This document shows positions 62,341 to 64,000 of a DNA stretch of 64,000 nt, in pieces. Source of the stretch: Betaproteobacteria bacterium (GTDB lineage Bacteria; Pseudomonadota; Gammaproteobacteria; Burkholderiales; SG8-39). Numbering within the stretch: the first letter of the stretch is position 1; every line of letters starts with the position of its first letter. The stretch spans positions 33,353 to 97,352 of the forward strand of contig CANJJT010000004.1 in assembly GCA_947474715.1 (NCBI GenBank). Direction: 5' to 3'. Below the pieces are notes generated by a model. The model searched no databases. It had not been told where the DNA came from and worked only from the letters and a program-made list of their open reading frames with translations. A program made the translations under genes and the position numbers.

Positions 62341-63714
62341 ATGCAGGACGCAACACGCAGCAATCGTCCACGTCTCCCAGGCGCGCCTGCGCCATGGGTG
62401 CTGGCATGCCTCTATGGCCTGATCGCACTGGCGCCCCTGGCGCTGGCAGCCGCCACGGGAGCGCGCCAGCGCAGCGTGGCCGGTGAATTCGCTGTCGGCA
62501 TGGGGCTGGTGGCGCTGGCCATGCTGCTCATGCAGTTCATCTCCTCCGGGCGTTATGAGCGCGTGTCCGGGCGTGCCGGCATGGACCGCACGCTGCGCTT
62601 CCACCAGCTCACCGCTTACGGGCTGTTGCTGTTCTGCCTGTTGCATCCGCTGCTGTTCGGGCTGCATGCAGCGCTGGCCGACTGGGCAAGCCTGGGAGAA
62701 TGGCCGGAACGACTGGGTTTCATGCTGGCCGCACCTCATCTGCGCTCGGGCGTGATTGCCCTGGTGCTGCTGGTGCTCCTGGTGCCGCTGGGTGTGCTGC
62801 GATCCAGGCTACCCATGCCGTATGAACTCTGGCGCAGCTTGCATGTACTGCTGGCAGTGGGCGCTGTATCGGCCGGCCTGCACCATGCCCTGGCCGTCGG
62901 CGCTTACAGCCAGTCGCCAATGCTGGCAGGCTTCTGGATCGTGCTGGGGGTGATCGCCATAGGCTCGCTCGCCTATGCCTGGCTGGTGCGGCCGCTGCTG
63001 CTGGCCCGTGCGCCCTACCGTGTCCTGGCCAACCAGCGCCTGGGGCCGGAAGTGTGCGAACTGCAACTGGCGCCGGTCCGCGGGCGTGCCATCCATTACC
63101 AGGCTGGCCAGTTTGTCTGGGTGAGTTTCGGTCAATGGGCGGTCACCGTGCTCGACCATCCCTATTCGCTGGCCTCCAGCCCGCTGGAGGGCGATGTGCT
63201 GAAGCTGATGATCAAGGCGCGCGGTGATTTTTCCGCCAGGGCGGGAGACATTCCTGTGGGCAGTCTGGCCCATGTCGACGGGCCACACGGCAGCTTCGTG
63301 CTGGCAGGGCGGAGGGGCGGCACCGTGGCCCTGTTCGCAGGCGGCATCGGCATTGCGCCCATCCTCGGCATCCTGCGTGATCTGGAACTGTCGGGCGACC
63401 GACGGCCCGTGCGTCTGGTCTATGGCGCGCGCAATGCGTCACGGCTGGTCGGGCGTGAGCACATCGAGGCCGCCGGCAAGCGTCTCGACCTGCGCGTGGA
63501 CTACCTGCTCGAAGAGGCCGATGCCGATTGGCAGGGGGGCAGGGGCGCTCTGTCCGCCGAAGTGTTTGCGCGCACCCTGGCGGGCTGGGATGCGCGGCAT
63601 TGTCTGTGCATGCTCTGCGGACCCACCGGCATGATGCTGGCTGGGGAGCGCGATCTGAGGGCACTGGGCGTGCCCTCAGCCAACATTGTCTATGAACGCT
63701 TCGACTATGACTGA
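62341..63714 (+). CDS. Ferric-reductase-like membrane flavocytochrome (TM heme + FAD/NAD domains)
   Basis: His pairs in TM helices, HPYS, DGPHG, AGGIGIAP, CGP and YERF motifs. Confidence 0.88.
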   Translation: MQDATRSNRPRLPGAPAPWVLACLYGLIALAPLALAAATGARQRSVAGEFAVGMGLVALAMLLMQFISSGRYERVSGRAGMDRTLRFHQLTAYGLLLFCLLHPLLFGLHAALADWASLGEWPERLGFMLAAPHLRSGVIALVLLVLLVPLGVLRSRLPMPYELWRSLHVLLAVGAVSAGLHHALAVGAYSQSPMLAGFWIVLGVIAIGSLAYAWLVRPLLLARAPYRVLANQRLGPEVCELQLAPVRGRAIHYQAGQFVWVSFGQWAVTVLDHPYSLASSPLEGDVLKLMIKARGDFSARAGDIPVGSLAHVDGPHGSFVLAGRRGGTVALFAGGIGIAPILGILRDLELSGDRRPVRLVYGARNASRLVGREHIEAAGKRLDLRVDYLLEEADADWQGGRGALSAEVFARTLAGWDARHCLCMLCGPTGMMLAGERDLRALGVPSANIVYERFDYD

Positions 63715-63829
63715 GCCTGCGCGCAAGCTCGGGTGCGGCGGCATCACGCAGGCCGCAGCGCTGCTGGCAGCGGTGCTCGCGGTGCATGCCCTGCTGCTGA
63801 TCGCCTTGCTGGCTTTCGCGCTGCGCTGA
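63707..63829 (+). CDS. Small single-TM protein (40 aa; absent from the ORF track)
   Basis: The ATG overlaps the end of the upstream gene (ATGACTGA). Translation MTEPARKLGCGGITQAAALLAAVLAVHALLLIALLAFALR. Confidence 0.5.
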   Translation: MTEPARKLGCGGITQAAALLAAVLAVHALLLIALLAFALR

Positions 63830-63846
63830 CTGAATCCAGCCGCGCT

Positions 63847-64000
63847 TCAGTTGCCGGCCTGCTTGAGCAGCCAGGCCACCAGTGCCGCACGGTCTTCCCT
63901 GGGCGGGGGGTAATGCCGCTCGAGATAGCGCAGCAATTCCGCTTCGCGCGTGGCGGCAGCATCCTTGCGGATTTCGGCCGTGAGTTTTGGCACCGTGTGG
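63847..64000 (-). CDS. C-terminal part of a protein entering from the right edge, possibly a small c-type cytochrome
   Basis: Open frame HTVPKLTAEIRKD...ALVAWLLKQAGN*. The His at the edge could close a CxxCH motif, but the Cys residues are outside the window. Confidence 0.4.
   Translation of the reverse strand, partial: HTVPKLTAEIRKDAAATREAELLRYLERHYPPPREDRAALVAWLLKQAGN

Overview
GC-rich betaproteobacterial-type chromosomal segment with three zones. (1) 1-25.8 kb is an accessory catabolic region: a LacI regulator with HpsN-type dehydrogenase and amidohydrolase, five orphan Bug/TctC solute receptors, three family III CoA-transferases, an acyl-CoA ligase, MaoC and an SDR. The ORF track splits two genes here at in-frame TGA codons (9872-9874 +, 15504-15506 -). 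Both read as U-x-x-C motifs (C-U-G-S-C and A-U-G-G-C), and each is followed by a SECIS-like hairpin whose apical loop starts 17 nt after the UGA. These look like two UGSC-type selenoproteins, one fused to and one translationally coupled to the same unknown ~350-aa partner domain, converging on a tandem-domain CoA-transferase. This is the best candidate for an undescribed system. (2) 26-43 kb is housekeeping: phaC-phaA-phaB-phaB-phaR, rimO, lysS, prfB with its programmed +1 frameshift, dsbB and recJ. (3) 43-64 kb is a low-oxygen island with FNR boxes: ldh, ccoI-ccoS-ompW-ccoNOQPGH, USPs, an acyl-CoA ligase/GNAT fusion, fnr, a DksA-like protein and a ferric-reductase-like protein. I saw no rRNA, tRNA, CRISPR array or intact transposase. 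All family calls come from motif recognition, not database searches.
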